This document shows, one piece after another, positions 48,598-57,766 of a DNA stretch of 64,000 nucleotides (the first letter of the stretch is position 1; each line of letters starts with the position of its first letter). Source of the stretch: an uncultured Acidobacteriota bacterium (GTDB lineage: Bacteria; Acidobacteriota; Vicinamibacteria; Vicinamibacterales; UBA8438); the NCBI GenBank assembly GCA_913043225.1, contig CAJWLU010000011.1, positions 1 through 64,000 on the forward strand, read 5' to 3'. The translations under genes and the position numbers were made by a program. The notes under the pieces are model-generated. The model was not told the DNA's origin. It ran no database searches and worked only from the letters and a program-made list of their open reading frames with translations.

Positions 48598-49743
48598 ATG
48601 TCTCAGTTCAAACGCGCCGCCATCGCCCTGGCGCTCATTGCACTGACCACGAGCGCGTACTCGGTCTTAAGCTTCGCGCTCATGAACAACCGCTGGGACG
48701 CCGGCGCCATCAACATGGAGCTACAACTGGGCGATGCACCCGGCGGACTCATCGACGGGTCAACCGACTGGAACGCCTGCGCGAAAGACGCGCTCACCGC
48801 GTGGAACAACATCCTTGGTCCCACCGGCCGCAGCTTTAACGCGATCATGGGCTCAACGCGCACGCCAGACGAACCGGATGAAGTCAATAGTGTATTCTTC
48901 TCGGACAACATCTTCGGGATGCCGTTCGGCGAGAGCACCCTGGCGATCGCCAGCACCTGGATCATCGTCCAGGACGGCATCGACCGACGGGTCGAGTCGG
49001 ACATCGTCTTCAATAACGCCCAGAGCTTCAACTGCTACCGCGGAGCGTTGCGCAGTCTCGGCTCGACGCCGGAGGGCGCGGGCGTCGATCTGCAGCGAGT
49101 GGCGGCCCACGAATTCGGACACACGCTCGGCCTGCTGCACCCCGACGAGAACGGACAGCAGGTCACGGCACTGATGAACGCCTTTATCAGCGATGTGGAC
49201 ACCATCCAGACCGACGACATCAACGGCGCGCTAACACTCTACGGTGTAGCCGTCATCGGCATCCCGTTCCCGCCGCGCAATGAGGTTCTCGACTACTTCC
49301 TCACCCTGGAGAACGAGTACCGGGATACCCTGGGTCGCGAGCAGACCAATCAGGGATTCGTCGACGCGGAGGGTTCGGCGGTCTGGTTCCCTGAGTGGCT
49401 CCGCTACGTGTTGAACGGCTGCACGTCGGCTGAAGCCACCAACCGGGTCCTGCTGCAAATTCGCGGTCACGGTATTCAGCCGGTCTGCGGCGTGGCGGCG
49501 GAAGGAACTATCAACTTCCCGCCCCGGAACGAGTCTCTCGACTTCCTAGAGGCGCTCGACACCTTCTACCGCGACGAACTGAGTCGTGAGGTTATCCTCA
49601 GCTTCGTCAATCTGGAAGGCAAGGCGGTCTGGCTGCAGGAATATCTGCGCTACCGAGTCAACGGCTGCAACAACCAGCAGGCCGCCGACCGGGTATTCCA
49701 GCAGATCCGGGGCGGCGGAAGCGCGCCCATCTGCGCCACCTAG
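48598..49743 (+). CDS. Matrixin/M10-type metzincin protease with C-terminal tandem repeat
   Basis: Signal peptide; E.DI.FN; HEFGHTLGLLH; Met-turn ALMN; DDI.G...LYG. Confidence 0.9.
   Translation: MSQFKRAAIALALIALTTSAYSVLSFALMNNRWDAGAINMELQLGDAPGGLIDGSTDWNACAKDALTAWNNILGPTGRSFNAIMGSTRTPDEPDEVNSVFFSDNIFGMPFGESTLAIASTWIIVQDGIDRRVESDIVFNNAQSFNCYRGALRSLGSTPEGAGVDLQRVAAHEFGHTLGLLHPDENGQQVTALMNAFISDVDTIQTDDINGALTLYGVAVIGIPFPPRNEVLDYFLTLENEYRDTLGREQTNQGFVDAEGSAVWFPEWLRYVLNGCTSAEATNRVLLQIRGHGIQPVCGVAAEGTINFPPRNESLDFLEALDTFYRDELSREVILSFVNLEGKAVWLQEYLRYRVNGCNNQQAADRVFQQIRGGGSAPICAT
49267..49734 (+). repeat. Two intragenic repeats with 249-nt (83-aa) period
   Basis: FPPRNE.LD....L...YRD.L.RE.....FV..EG.AVW..E.LRY..NGC....A..RV..QIRG.G..P.C starts at 49267 and again at 49516. 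Confidence 0.9.
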
Positions 49744-49748
49744 CCACA

Positions 49749-49782
49749 CGTCGCAGGCCTGGCCCAGGTCCGGCCTGCGACG
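49749..49782 (+). terminator. Stem-loop after the matrixin gene
   Basis: CGTCGCAGGCC (49749-49759) / GGCCTGCGACG (49772-49782); weak U-tract. Confidence 0.5.
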
Positions 49783-49804
49783 AAATTCCCTTTAGCTTGG
49801 ACCC

Positions 49805-50545
49805 ATGCCGAAGAGTACCTTCTACAAACTGGGCCGCCTCACCGGCGGCAAGGTCCGTAAGGCCAAGTGGATGTGGCACTCGCTCGCCGGCGATGAGCCG
49901 GAAGCGATTGAAGCCGAGTACGGCGTGGGCCGTGACATGGCTGCCGTGGTCCGTGAGCGGAGCGGCGTCGACGACCCGGCGCTGATCACTCTGCTCGACG
50001 ACACTCTCGGCCACCTGACTCCGGTGGTGCGAAACAAACTGCACCGTTTCCATGTGGGCCTAGTCGACGAGCCGGAACCAACCGCTTACGCGCTGCCTGG
50101 CGGATTCATCTTCGTTACCAGCTCGCTGACCAACCTGTGCGAGCGGAACCACGACGAACTGGCGTTCGTGGTGGCCCACGAGATGTCGCACGTCATCCGT
50201 CGGCATGCCATCAACCGCGTCTTGCGCCAGACCGCCTATGCGGCCGCCTCGGTCCTTACCCCTGGACGGGGCGCCATCGGCCCCTGGCTGCGCAAGGCGG
50301 GACTCGAGTGGCTGGAGCGGGCCTACTCGCAGGATCAGGAGTTCGAGGCGGACGCGCTTGGGGGGCTAATGATGCGTGCCGCCGGCTACGACCCGGAAGG
50401 GGCGATCCGCCTGTTCCAGCGGTTTCGCGCCTTGGGTCCACTCGGAGGCGACGAGGACACCCTCGGCACGTATCTCTCGACCCACCCACCCGTGGACGAA
50501 CGGATTGCTCGCTTGCGGAAACGTCTGGCCAAGAAAACGACCTAG
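49805..50545 (+). CDS. M48 family metalloprotease
   Basis: A.ALPGG.IFV, DELAFV.AHEMSHV, YS.DQE.EAD, AGYDP, THP....RI. Confidence 0.93.
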   Translation: MPKSTFYKLGRLTGGKVRKAKWMWHSLAGDEPEAIEAEYGVGRDMAAVVRERSGVDDPALITLLDDTLGHLTPVVRNKLHRFHVGLVDEPEPTAYALPGGFIFVTSSLTNLCERNHDELAFVVAHEMSHVIRRHAINRVLRQTAYAAASVLTPGRGAIGPWLRKAGLEWLERAYSQDQEFEADALGGLMMRAAGYDPEGAIRLFQRFRALGPLGGDEDTLGTYLSTHPPVDERIARLRKRLAKKTT

Positions 50546-50549
50546 GGAG

Positions 50550-50861
50550 TCAGTCTTCCGCGTCGGTGTCCTCGAAGAGGGCAGCGCCCAATTCGCTCAG
50601 GGCGGCGCGCTGCGCCTTGTATTCACGGAGGATGTGGCCTGCGTCGTTCCCTATTTGCGTCAGCTCGGTGTTCTGGAACCAATCGCCCGCCTTGGTGCGC
50701 GCAGCAATGTCAGTGGCGATCAGGGTCTGCTCGATCACCACCGAAGTGTCTCGCTCAACCAGCGCGATCACCTCCCGCACGGCCTCCCGTACGGCCGGGT
50801 CGTCGACCCGTTCTACGAGCATACGCAGTGCTGACAGCGGATCGGTTTCAGCGTCAGTCAT
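50550..50861 (-). CDS. Hypothetical helical protein
   Basis: 103-aa acidic, coiled-coil-like ORF with coding-type GC3 usage. Confidence 0.65.
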   Translation of the reverse strand: MTDAETDPLSALRMLVERVDDPAVREAVREVIALVERDTSVVIEQTLIATDIAARTKAGDWFQNTELTQIGNDAGHILREYKAQRAALSELGAALFEDTDAED

Positions 50862-51100
50862 GGTGCGTGATACGTGAGTTCAGATGAACGACTGGTCGGG
50901 CTCGAAAACGGGCACTGGGCCGCGTCCATGTGATTCGCTCCTTTGATGTGCCACCAGACGCTGACAATCACAGAGAAAGCATATCCGCGCACGCCGATCC
51001 AGGCATCGTCACATGTATCACAACGGTACGAGAAACCGCCGATACTTCGAACTGCCTCTTGCGAGACCCATCTACCGCAACAGATGCAGGTAGTCTTCAT
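50858..51100 (-). CDS. Small Cys-rich protein, possible zinc ribbon
   Basis: CICC and CDTC pairs; stop overlaps the next start (ATGA at 50858-50861). Confidence 0.35.
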   Translation of the reverse strand: MKTTCICCGRWVSQEAVRSIGGFSYRCDTCDDAWIGVRGYAFSVIVSVWWHIKGANHMDAAQCPFSSPTSRSSELTYHAP

Positions 51101-51538
51101 GACCGTGCGTCCACAACTCGTTCTCGGCGCATAGATGCCGACGCGCGCCAGCCGGTTCTCCCAAGCCCGTGTTCCCTCGAGACCTCACCGACAAAGCCAC
51201 ATGAAATGATACGCCTTTTGAGCTGGGCAATAAACCCATTATTTCCAGCATCTTCCGTCGATCTAAGCAGCCCAGAACCATCGCGCAAACGTTGCCGTTT
51301 GACGTCCAACGCAGACCAACGCGCGGTCTTAGGCAGAGAAGCCCGCTGCACGCGAAGAGAAGGCCGGCTCCGTTCCAGCGGCCTTCGTACCCACAGTGCC
51401 AGGAACGACGCTCGAACAAGGAATCGACGGATTTCCGTCGACGAGACACGGGTTAAGGAAACACACCAATGACACATCCGGAATCGGCAGACTCGACGGA
51501 GAGAGACACATCAATGCCAGACTTATAATGTCCAGACA

Positions 51539-52018
51539 ATGCGCCACACTCTGTTGACGTGCCTGTGTCTCTCGCTGACCGCGAGTGGATGCGGCGGGGC
51601 CCAGGGCGGAGCCGACGCCAGCGCCGGCGAACCGGTGGCGCTGTCGGTCGACCCACAATCCAGGTGGCGTGGGCTCCGGATCGAAGGAGCCACGGATCTG
51701 CCAGATGGCGCCGTCGTCTCCTATCGGGTAACGCACTCGGTTGCTAACGAGCTACCGCCTAGCGAATGGCCAGCCACCAACCTGATCGACGATGGCACGG
51801 CCGTGGTCCAGGACGGCGTGTACTGGGCCGAACTCAACACCACCTACTGGCCGTCCGGGCAGGTGGACGTGCGAGTGCAGTTTCCCGTGGCACCACAACC
51901 GGACGACGTGCGCGCACGCTACGGCGACTTCGGCGAACAATTAATTGGCGAAAACGTCCAATCGCTGGGCGGCTCGAACGTGGTGGTGACCGAGCAGACT
52001 CTCGAGTGGACACGATAG
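51539..52018 (+). CDS. Hypothetical lipoprotein
   Basis: Lipobox ASGC; G.TDLPDG motif; TATAAT upstream; stop overlaps hisC start. Confidence 0.75.
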   Translation: MRHTLLTCLCLSLTASGCGGAQGGADASAGEPVALSVDPQSRWRGLRIEGATDLPDGAVVSYRVTHSVANELPPSEWPATNLIDDGTAVVQDGVYWAELNTTYWPSGQVDVRVQFPVAPQPDDVRARYGDFGEQLIGENVQSLGGSNVVVTEQTLEWTR

Positions 52019-53088
52019 TGGCTACCAGCCGCTTCTTTCGCCCCGCCGTCGCCCGGCTTGAGCCCTACACGCCGGGGCGGCAACCAGCCCCTGACGCCCG
52101 AGTAGTAAAACTCAATACCAACGAAAATCCCTACCCGCCTAGCCCTGCGGCCCAGGCGGCGCTTGCCTCCCTCGACGTCGATGGTCTACGCCGCTATCCG
52201 GACCCGATGGCGGCGACCTTCCAGCAGGCGGTAGCTGAGACACTCGGCGTGGCTGCAGACTGGGTACTGGCCGGTAACGGCAGCGACGACCTGCTCACGA
52301 TGCTGTTCCGAGCGGTGGCCGGCCCCGGTCGGGCGGTTGCCTACCCCAACCCCACCTACGTGCTGTATCGCACCCTGTCCGCCATGCAGGAAGCGCCGGT
52401 CATCGAAGCGCCGTTCGACTCCGACTACCGGCTCCCGGTCGACGCCCTGATCACGGCGGGCGCGCCGTTGACGCTGGTCGCCAATCCGAACAGCCCGTCC
52501 GGCACACTGGTTCAACTCGACGATCTCGACCGGCTGGCCGCCGGCCTAGACGGGCTGCTGGTCGTCGACGAAGCGTACGTCGCCTTCGCCAGTAGCGACG
52601 CGCTGCCGCTGATCCGATCCCATGACAACGTGCTGGTCCTACGCACCTTGTCGAAGAGCCACGGTCTGGCCGGACTGCGTCTCGGGTTCGCCGTGGGACA
52701 ACCGGACGTACTCGCGGGCCTGACCAAAGTGAAGGACAGCTACAACGTCGATGCGGTCGCCATGAAGATAGGCGCCTCGGCACTGCGCGACACTACTTAC
52801 ACGGCGGAGGTAGTTGCCAGGATCATCGCCACCCGTACCCGCCTGGTCACCGCGCTCGAACAACGTGGCTTCCGGGTGTGGCCAAGCCAGGCCAATTTCG
52901 TGCTGGCCCGCCCCGTCGATGGTGATGCGCGGCGACTGCACGCGGGTCTTGATGCTCGCGGCGTGCTCGTGCGCTATTTCGACGAGCCTGGCCTGGATGA
53001 CTGCCTGCGCATCACGGTGGGCACCGACGAGGAACAAGCCCGGCTGCTCGACGCCCTATCGGAGCTACAACCGCCGGCGAACGCCTGA
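52018..53088 (+). CDS. hisC: Histidinol-phosphate aminotransferase
   Basis: KLNTNENPYPPS, LRRYPDP, GNGSD, NPNSPSG, VDEAY, RTLSKS.GLAGLRLG, S.ANF, LRITVG. Confidence 0.95.
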   Translation: MATSRFFRPAVARLEPYTPGRQPAPDARVVKLNTNENPYPPSPAAQAALASLDVDGLRRYPDPMAATFQQAVAETLGVAADWVLAGNGSDDLLTMLFRAVAGPGRAVAYPNPTYVLYRTLSAMQEAPVIEAPFDSDYRLPVDALITAGAPLTLVANPNSPSGTLVQLDDLDRLAAGLDGLLVVDEAYVAFASSDALPLIRSHDNVLVLRTLSKSHGLAGLRLGFAVGQPDVLAGLTKVKDSYNVDAVAMKIGASALRDTTYTAEVVARIIATRTRLVTALEQRGFRVWPSQANFVLARPVDGDARRLHAGLDARGVLVRYFDEPGLDDCLRITVGTDEEQARLLDALSELQPPANA

Positions 53089-53331
53089 ACACGCTATCCC
53101 GGTGCCTGCTGATCGTGCGCCGGGACGACGTCGATCGCCGCTGGTGGCATCGTCACGCCACCTAGCCCAACCGCTTTCCGATGGCCGTCGAACGAGCCAA
53201 GCGTTTCCCCCAGTATGCGATCATCGACCTCTGGCACACCGAAGAGCAAGCTCACGTTCGCCTTATCGGAAACGTTCCGACTGCCGCCTCCGCCGGCTTC
53301 CGCCGACGACCCGGTATAATGTGCCACTTTG

Positions 53332-54288
53332 ATGGTTAGACCTGCGGTCCCCGGCAAGGACTCCCTTCGAAAACGGCACGCACACGCGTTTCCTCCCATC
53401 CTGCATGTGGAGTTGACCAACGAGTGCAACCTCGAGTGTCCGATGTGCGCCCGCACCACCAGCATGACCCGACCGGTGCAGCACATGAACACGGATCTGT
53501 TCCGACGCATCATCGATGACGTGGCGGGACGCGGGGTGCAGAAGCTCTGGCTGCACCACTTCGGCGAGTCGCTTCTCCATCCCCAAGCGTACGAGCTGAT
53601 TGAGTACGCGGCACGGAAGAAAGACCTCGGACTGGTGGCCCTCTCGACCAACGCCACCACCCTGAACGAGAAGAACGCGCGCAGACTGATCAAGACTAGG
53701 CTGCACCATCTCATTCTCTCGGTCGACGCCCACTCGGACGACGTCTACACTGTCGTGCGCGGCTTCGACTTCGAGCGGGTGCTGGCCAACGTTCGCGGCT
53801 TCCTCGCCCTGCACAAGGAGACGGAGTCGAAGATGAGCGTGGCGCTGCTGTTCATCAATATGGGCATCAAGCGTCACGAACTCGAGGCGTTCAAAGAGGC
53901 CTGGGCACCCTACGAAACCAAGCGGGTCAAGGTGGTCATCAAGAAGATGACCAACTACGGTGGCGTAATCGACACCTCCCAATTCGCCGGCGGGCAGTCC
54001 GACACCGAGGTCTACGACCGGTCGCGACGCCGCAGCTGCCCCAAGCTGTGGGACAGCCTGACTATCCAATCGAACGGGCAGGTGGTGGCCTGTGGCTACG
54101 ACGTGAACGGCACTATGCCCTACGGCAATGCGAGCGACATGACGCTGCTCGATGCCTGGAACGGCGACGCGATCGAGGAACTCCGACAGCGGCACGTCGA
54201 GCTGAACTTCAACGATCTCCCGCTGTGTGACGGATGCGATAAGACGTTCAAGAAACGCCGGACTGCACCCGACGACGACCTCATCTAG
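53332..54288 (+). CDS. Radical SAM protein with SPASM/twitch domain
   Basis: CNLECPMC; GE.LLHP; STNA; C-terminal CPKLW, ACGYD, CDGC. Confidence 0.92.
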   Translation: MVRPAVPGKDSLRKRHAHAFPPILHVELTNECNLECPMCARTTSMTRPVQHMNTDLFRRIIDDVAGRGVQKLWLHHFGESLLHPQAYELIEYAARKKDLGLVALSTNATTLNEKNARRLIKTRLHHLILSVDAHSDDVYTVVRGFDFERVLANVRGFLALHKETESKMSVALLFINMGIKRHELEAFKEAWAPYETKRVKVVIKKMTNYGGVIDTSQFAGGQSDTEVYDRSRRRSCPKLWDSLTIQSNGQVVACGYDVNGTMPYGNASDMTLLDAWNGDAIEELRQRHVELNFNDLPLCDGCDKTFKKRRTAPDDDLI

Positions 54289-54333
54289 GCCCCTCGCTAT
54301 CCCGGCAGCCTCTTCCGACCGATAACGGGAGAC

Positions 54334-54588
54334 ATGGTACGCTTCTCTCACCCGACTCGTGCGGTCGACGATCAAATCACCATCTGGTGCGAGCGCCTGG
54401 ACGAGGGGTTCCGTCTCGTACATCGGCTGCCTAGCGGCAGCCTGTCAGCCGAGCGCTTCGGCGACCGGATGACGCTATTCGACGCCACGGTGCGCCTGCA
54501 GACGCAACTGACGGGCGCCGGCTGGCGGCCCGCTCCGATTACAAGTGCCAGTTCGCGCGCGGCGCGCGCCGGCCACTTTCGTCGCTGA
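54334..54588 (+). CDS. Small hypothetical protein
   Basis: GGGAG RBS; 84-aa ORF ending ...L...GW; fills the gap between co-oriented genes. Confidence 0.55.
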   Translation: MVRFSHPTRAVDDQITIWCERLDEGFRLVHRLPSGSLSAERFGDRMTLFDATVRLQTQLTGAGWRPAPITSASSRAARAGHFRR

Positions 54589-54604
54589 CGCCCAAGAGCG
54601 GCCG

Positions 54605-55189
54605 ATGACCGTTGCCATCGATGTGGCACTACTGCTTGGCACCAAGGCCAAAGCTCTAGCGACCAGCCTGAACAAGCGGACCGTCCCAGCGGGGCCGGAC
54701 GGCTTCAGGTTCGACGCCCATCACCTTCCACACGTCACACTCGGTCAACACTTCGTCAAGGAGTCCGCGCTGGACGCGATCGGCGCGGCGCTCGCGGCGC
54801 TGGCCGGGACAGCCTCGAAGGTGGCGCTCCACGTCACTGGTATCGAACGCGGCCGGACCGCGCAGGTGCTGACCATCGCCTCGACCGCTCCGCTCGACGC
54901 GTTACACACTGCAGTAATGGAGGTTATGCATCCGTTCGAGGTGAACGAAGGCGACGCCGCCGCCTTCGCTACCGGCCCAGCTGCCAGACCGGCCGATGTC
55001 GCCTGGGTCCGCGACTTCCGCACCGCGGCCGCTTACGAACGGTTCCATCCCCACATCACCATCGGCATCGGCGGCCCACCCCTAGCGGCGGTTCCCTTTC
55101 GCGCCCACCCTGACCGGATGGGCGTCTGCCGGCTGGGACGGTTCTGCACCTGCGGCAAACCGATCGCGGCATGGACGCTGGGCACATAG
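54605..55189 (+). CDS. 2H phosphoesterase (2'-5' RNA ligase family)
   Basis: Two HxT motifs: PHVTL and PHITI. Confidence 0.85.
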   Translation: MTVAIDVALLLGTKAKALATSLNKRTVPAGPDGFRFDAHHLPHVTLGQHFVKESALDAIGAALAALAGTASKVALHVTGIERGRTAQVLTIASTAPLDALHTAVMEVMHPFEVNEGDAAAFATGPAARPADVAWVRDFRTAAAYERFHPHITIGIGGPPLAAVPFRAHPDRMGVCRLGRFCTCGKPIAAWTLGT

Positions 55190-55338
55190 CGCTTCCATGG
55201 AGCTTCGCCTCAAAGTCCGTGCTGAGCTAGTAGGCCCGACCACGCCGCCCCGCTTGGCTCGCTGCGGCGCCCGGCAGGCTCGTTCTTCACCAGCCTACTG
55301 GGGTTCGCAACGGCTGAGGTAGGATCCGGCCGAGGAGT

Positions 55339-56106
55339 GTGCCCATGACCATGCGTGCCGGACTGCTTGTCGTCCTGCTATCGTCGATCGGTTGCTCGAC
55401 ATCGGTTACCGTCGAACCCGAGGCAGCCGAAACCTCACGTCAGAGCGCCGCCACCGAGACGTCGTTTACGCCCCGAACCGTAACCGAAGCTGACATCCCG
55501 GCCGACATCGACCACGGGTCGTGGGCGCGGCTCCCCACCATTCAGCGTGAGAACCTCGACGCCGACGGCCAGCGAGTATTCGACCTCATCGTGAACCCAG
55601 GCAGCCGTTACTCAAGCGGTCTTCGGGGCCCAATCGGAATGTGGATGTACAGTCCGCCGATGGCCGAACATCTGTTCCCCGCCAGCACTTATCTGCGTTT
55701 CGGCCACGATAACGAACGCGACCAGCGCCTAGTCGAGTTGGCCATCCTCGCAGCGGCCCGGGCACTGAACAGCCAGTACGAATGGTCAGCCCATGAAGGG
55801 CTCGGACGCAGCGCTGGTTTGGAGGAAGGGATCATCGACCTGGTACGGCATGGCCGGTCGGTGGACGTCGAAGGCCTTCCTGGGTTCGGGGAGGTCGAGC
55901 GCACCATCGTATCCCTCGTGCGACAGTTGATCCTCGAACCGAAGGTCGATGTGGAAACCTTTGCCACCGCCCGGCGGCTGTTCAGCGAGCAGGGCCTGAT
56001 GGACCTCGCCGGGCTGGTCGGCCACTACACCACGGTCAACTACACACTCAAGACCTTCGACGTGCAGCGCTCGCCTGGCCAGGAACTCGGCCTACCGCTC
56101 CCCTGA
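55339..56106 (+). CDS. Carboxymuconolactone decarboxylase (AhpD-like) family lipoprotein
   Basis: Lipobox SIGC; RL.ELAIL..AR....YEW.AH, G.Y; no CxxC. Start 55339-55351. Confidence 0.8.
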   Translation: MPMTMRAGLLVVLLSSIGCSTSVTVEPEAAETSRQSAATETSFTPRTVTEADIPADIDHGSWARLPTIQRENLDADGQRVFDLIVNPGSRYSSGLRGPIGMWMYSPPMAEHLFPASTYLRFGHDNERDQRLVELAILAAARALNSQYEWSAHEGLGRSAGLEEGIIDLVRHGRSVDVEGLPGFGEVERTIVSLVRQLILEPKVDVETFATARRLFSEQGLMDLAGLVGHYTTVNYTLKTFDVQRSPGQELGLPLP

Positions 56107-56298
56107 CCTGCGCTTAGGTGAGACGGAAGGTCAACCCACCGATGGTGCGCCAGAAATTCGGTGCAGCGTCAATGTGTACGAATCGTGAGTCAAGGTCAGC
56201 GCCAGCACCTGGCCCATCCAGACCTGTGCCTCTGCTCCCAACTAGAACGCGGGCTGAACCTCGACCCAGCCAGCCGGCGCCACAGCCCCTCCCAGAGG

Positions 56299-56757
56299 AT
56301 GAAGGCCTCCAAGACCACGCGTACCCCCTCTATACTGGCGCCAGCGATGGTGTGGGGTGTAGTCGGCCTCTCGGCACTCGGCTTCGTCATCTCGAGCTAT
56401 GTGACCGGGGTAGCGTTCCATTGGGTCCGTCCAGATACGCGGTGGGTCCCTCCGGTATGCCGGATGGAAGAGGAAACCTGCGCCCTGGTGGTGTTCACCC
56501 CACAGGCGCGGCTGTTCGGCCCCCCGAACTCACTGCTTGGACAGGTCTTCTACATGGCGTTGCCACTGGCGGCGCTGGCGGGCGCGCTCGATCTAGACTG
56601 GGCGCGTCTCGCCATCCAGACAATCAGCCTGGCCACGGTCATCCTCGGACTGTATCTGACCTACGCGCTACTCTTCATCAACCGCGTGCACTGCGTGCTG
56701 TGCTACATCTCGCACGTCATCAACACGGCACTATTCGTGCTGTTGCTGATGACCTGA
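56299..56757 (+). CDS. Vitamin K epoxide reductase (VKOR) family protein
   Basis: Loop Cys pair CRMEEETC, FG.PNS..G..FY, active-site CVLC, four TM helices. Confidence 0.88.
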   Translation: MKASKTTRTPSILAPAMVWGVVGLSALGFVISSYVTGVAFHWVRPDTRWVPPVCRMEEETCALVVFTPQARLFGPPNSLLGQVFYMALPLAALAGALDLDWARLAIQTISLATVILGLYLTYALLFINRVHCVLCYISHVINTALFVLLLMT

Positions 56758-57546
56758 GCGGCCTGTCTTAGCGTCGTCGATCGGAACGAGGCGTCGGCGC
56801 TCGTCCAGGATCAGCCGATACTCAGACGCGCGCTTCCATACCCGGTTGGCCATCTCGGTGAGGTGAACTGCCTTCAGCCCAAAGTAGAGGAATAAGGCGC
56901 CGGTGGCGCCCACTACGGCGGCCTGCAAGCCGGAAATAGCGACGCCACCGACCTGTGGCGCCAGCCGGCCCAGCCCCTGATACACCAGAAACCCAAGGAC
57001 GGCCAGCATCGGCCCGGTAACGGTACGGACGCTCCACGACGCCACGCGCGACTGCTTCTCCATCAACGCACCAACCGTGCGCAGCCGGTCGAGCGACACC
57101 TCGAGCTGGTCGAAATCATTGCCCGACAGTACCTCGCGCAGCGGCACCTGCGCCCGGCAGGCTCTGGCGACCCGCCGGTCACCACGCACCCAGGACAACC
57201 CGTTCACCGACAACGTCCAATCGGGAAACTGATCACGCAGTCGACCAAGCAACCGCTCTCGCCCCTCAGAGCTATGTTCGTGCACCGTTGAAGCGGTATC
57301 GATCTCGACCCGACGCCGCGAAGGAATCAGCACGATCTCGTGCAGTTCACCATCGTCGTGCGTCTCGACATAGGCGGCGGCGTGTGGAGCGATACCTTCG
57401 TGCAACATCGCCTCGTGATCGAGACACGGCAACCCGGGCACCGGCGGATCAAGCGGCACCTCGAGGCGATACAGCTTGATGGCTCTTAGATCGGCGAATA
57501 CCCGGACGGCCTCGAACACATCGGCACAGGCCTGACAGTCAGCCAT
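56731..57546 (-). CDS. Hypothetical membrane protein with two C-terminal TM helices
   Basis: Coding-like 3' part of the 518-aa track ORF; start uncertain (57546 or 57612); 3' end overlaps VKOR by 27 nt. Confidence 0.6.
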   Translation of the reverse strand: MADCQACADVFEAVRVFADLRAIKLYRLEVPLDPPVPGLPCLDHEAMLHEGIAPHAAAYVETHDDGELHEIVLIPSRRRVEIDTASTVHEHSSEGRERLLGRLRDQFPDWTLSVNGLSWVRGDRRVARACRAQVPLREVLSGNDFDQLEVSLDRLRTVGALMEKQSRVASWSVRTVTGPMLAVLGFLVYQGLGRLAPQVGGVAISGLQAAVVGATGALFLYFGLKAVHLTEMANRVWKRASEYRLILDERRRLVPIDDAKTGRSGHQQQHE

Positions 57547-57766
57547 CGACAACGACTCGTCTGGCCGGCGCGTGTCGGACGACGAAGCGGTCGTAGTAGA
57601 GGCGTCGTGCATCGCTCTAATGCCCAGCGCGCGAAGCCCTCGCGCACGGTCCGGCCACCATATCACGGCCGTCTCGAACCAACCGCACCCCTCCCGCAGC
57701 GTGCCCTCGACCCTCGCAATATAATCCAGCACACACGGCGCCAGACGCGCCGGCGAGGAGGACTCG

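Noticed and set aside
53332..54288. Radical SAM as PqqE or a RiPP maturase for the PQQ-rich region
   Set aside because: No pqqA/B/C/D, RRE or precursor nearby, and it lacks the seven-Cys PqqE-type SPASM pattern.
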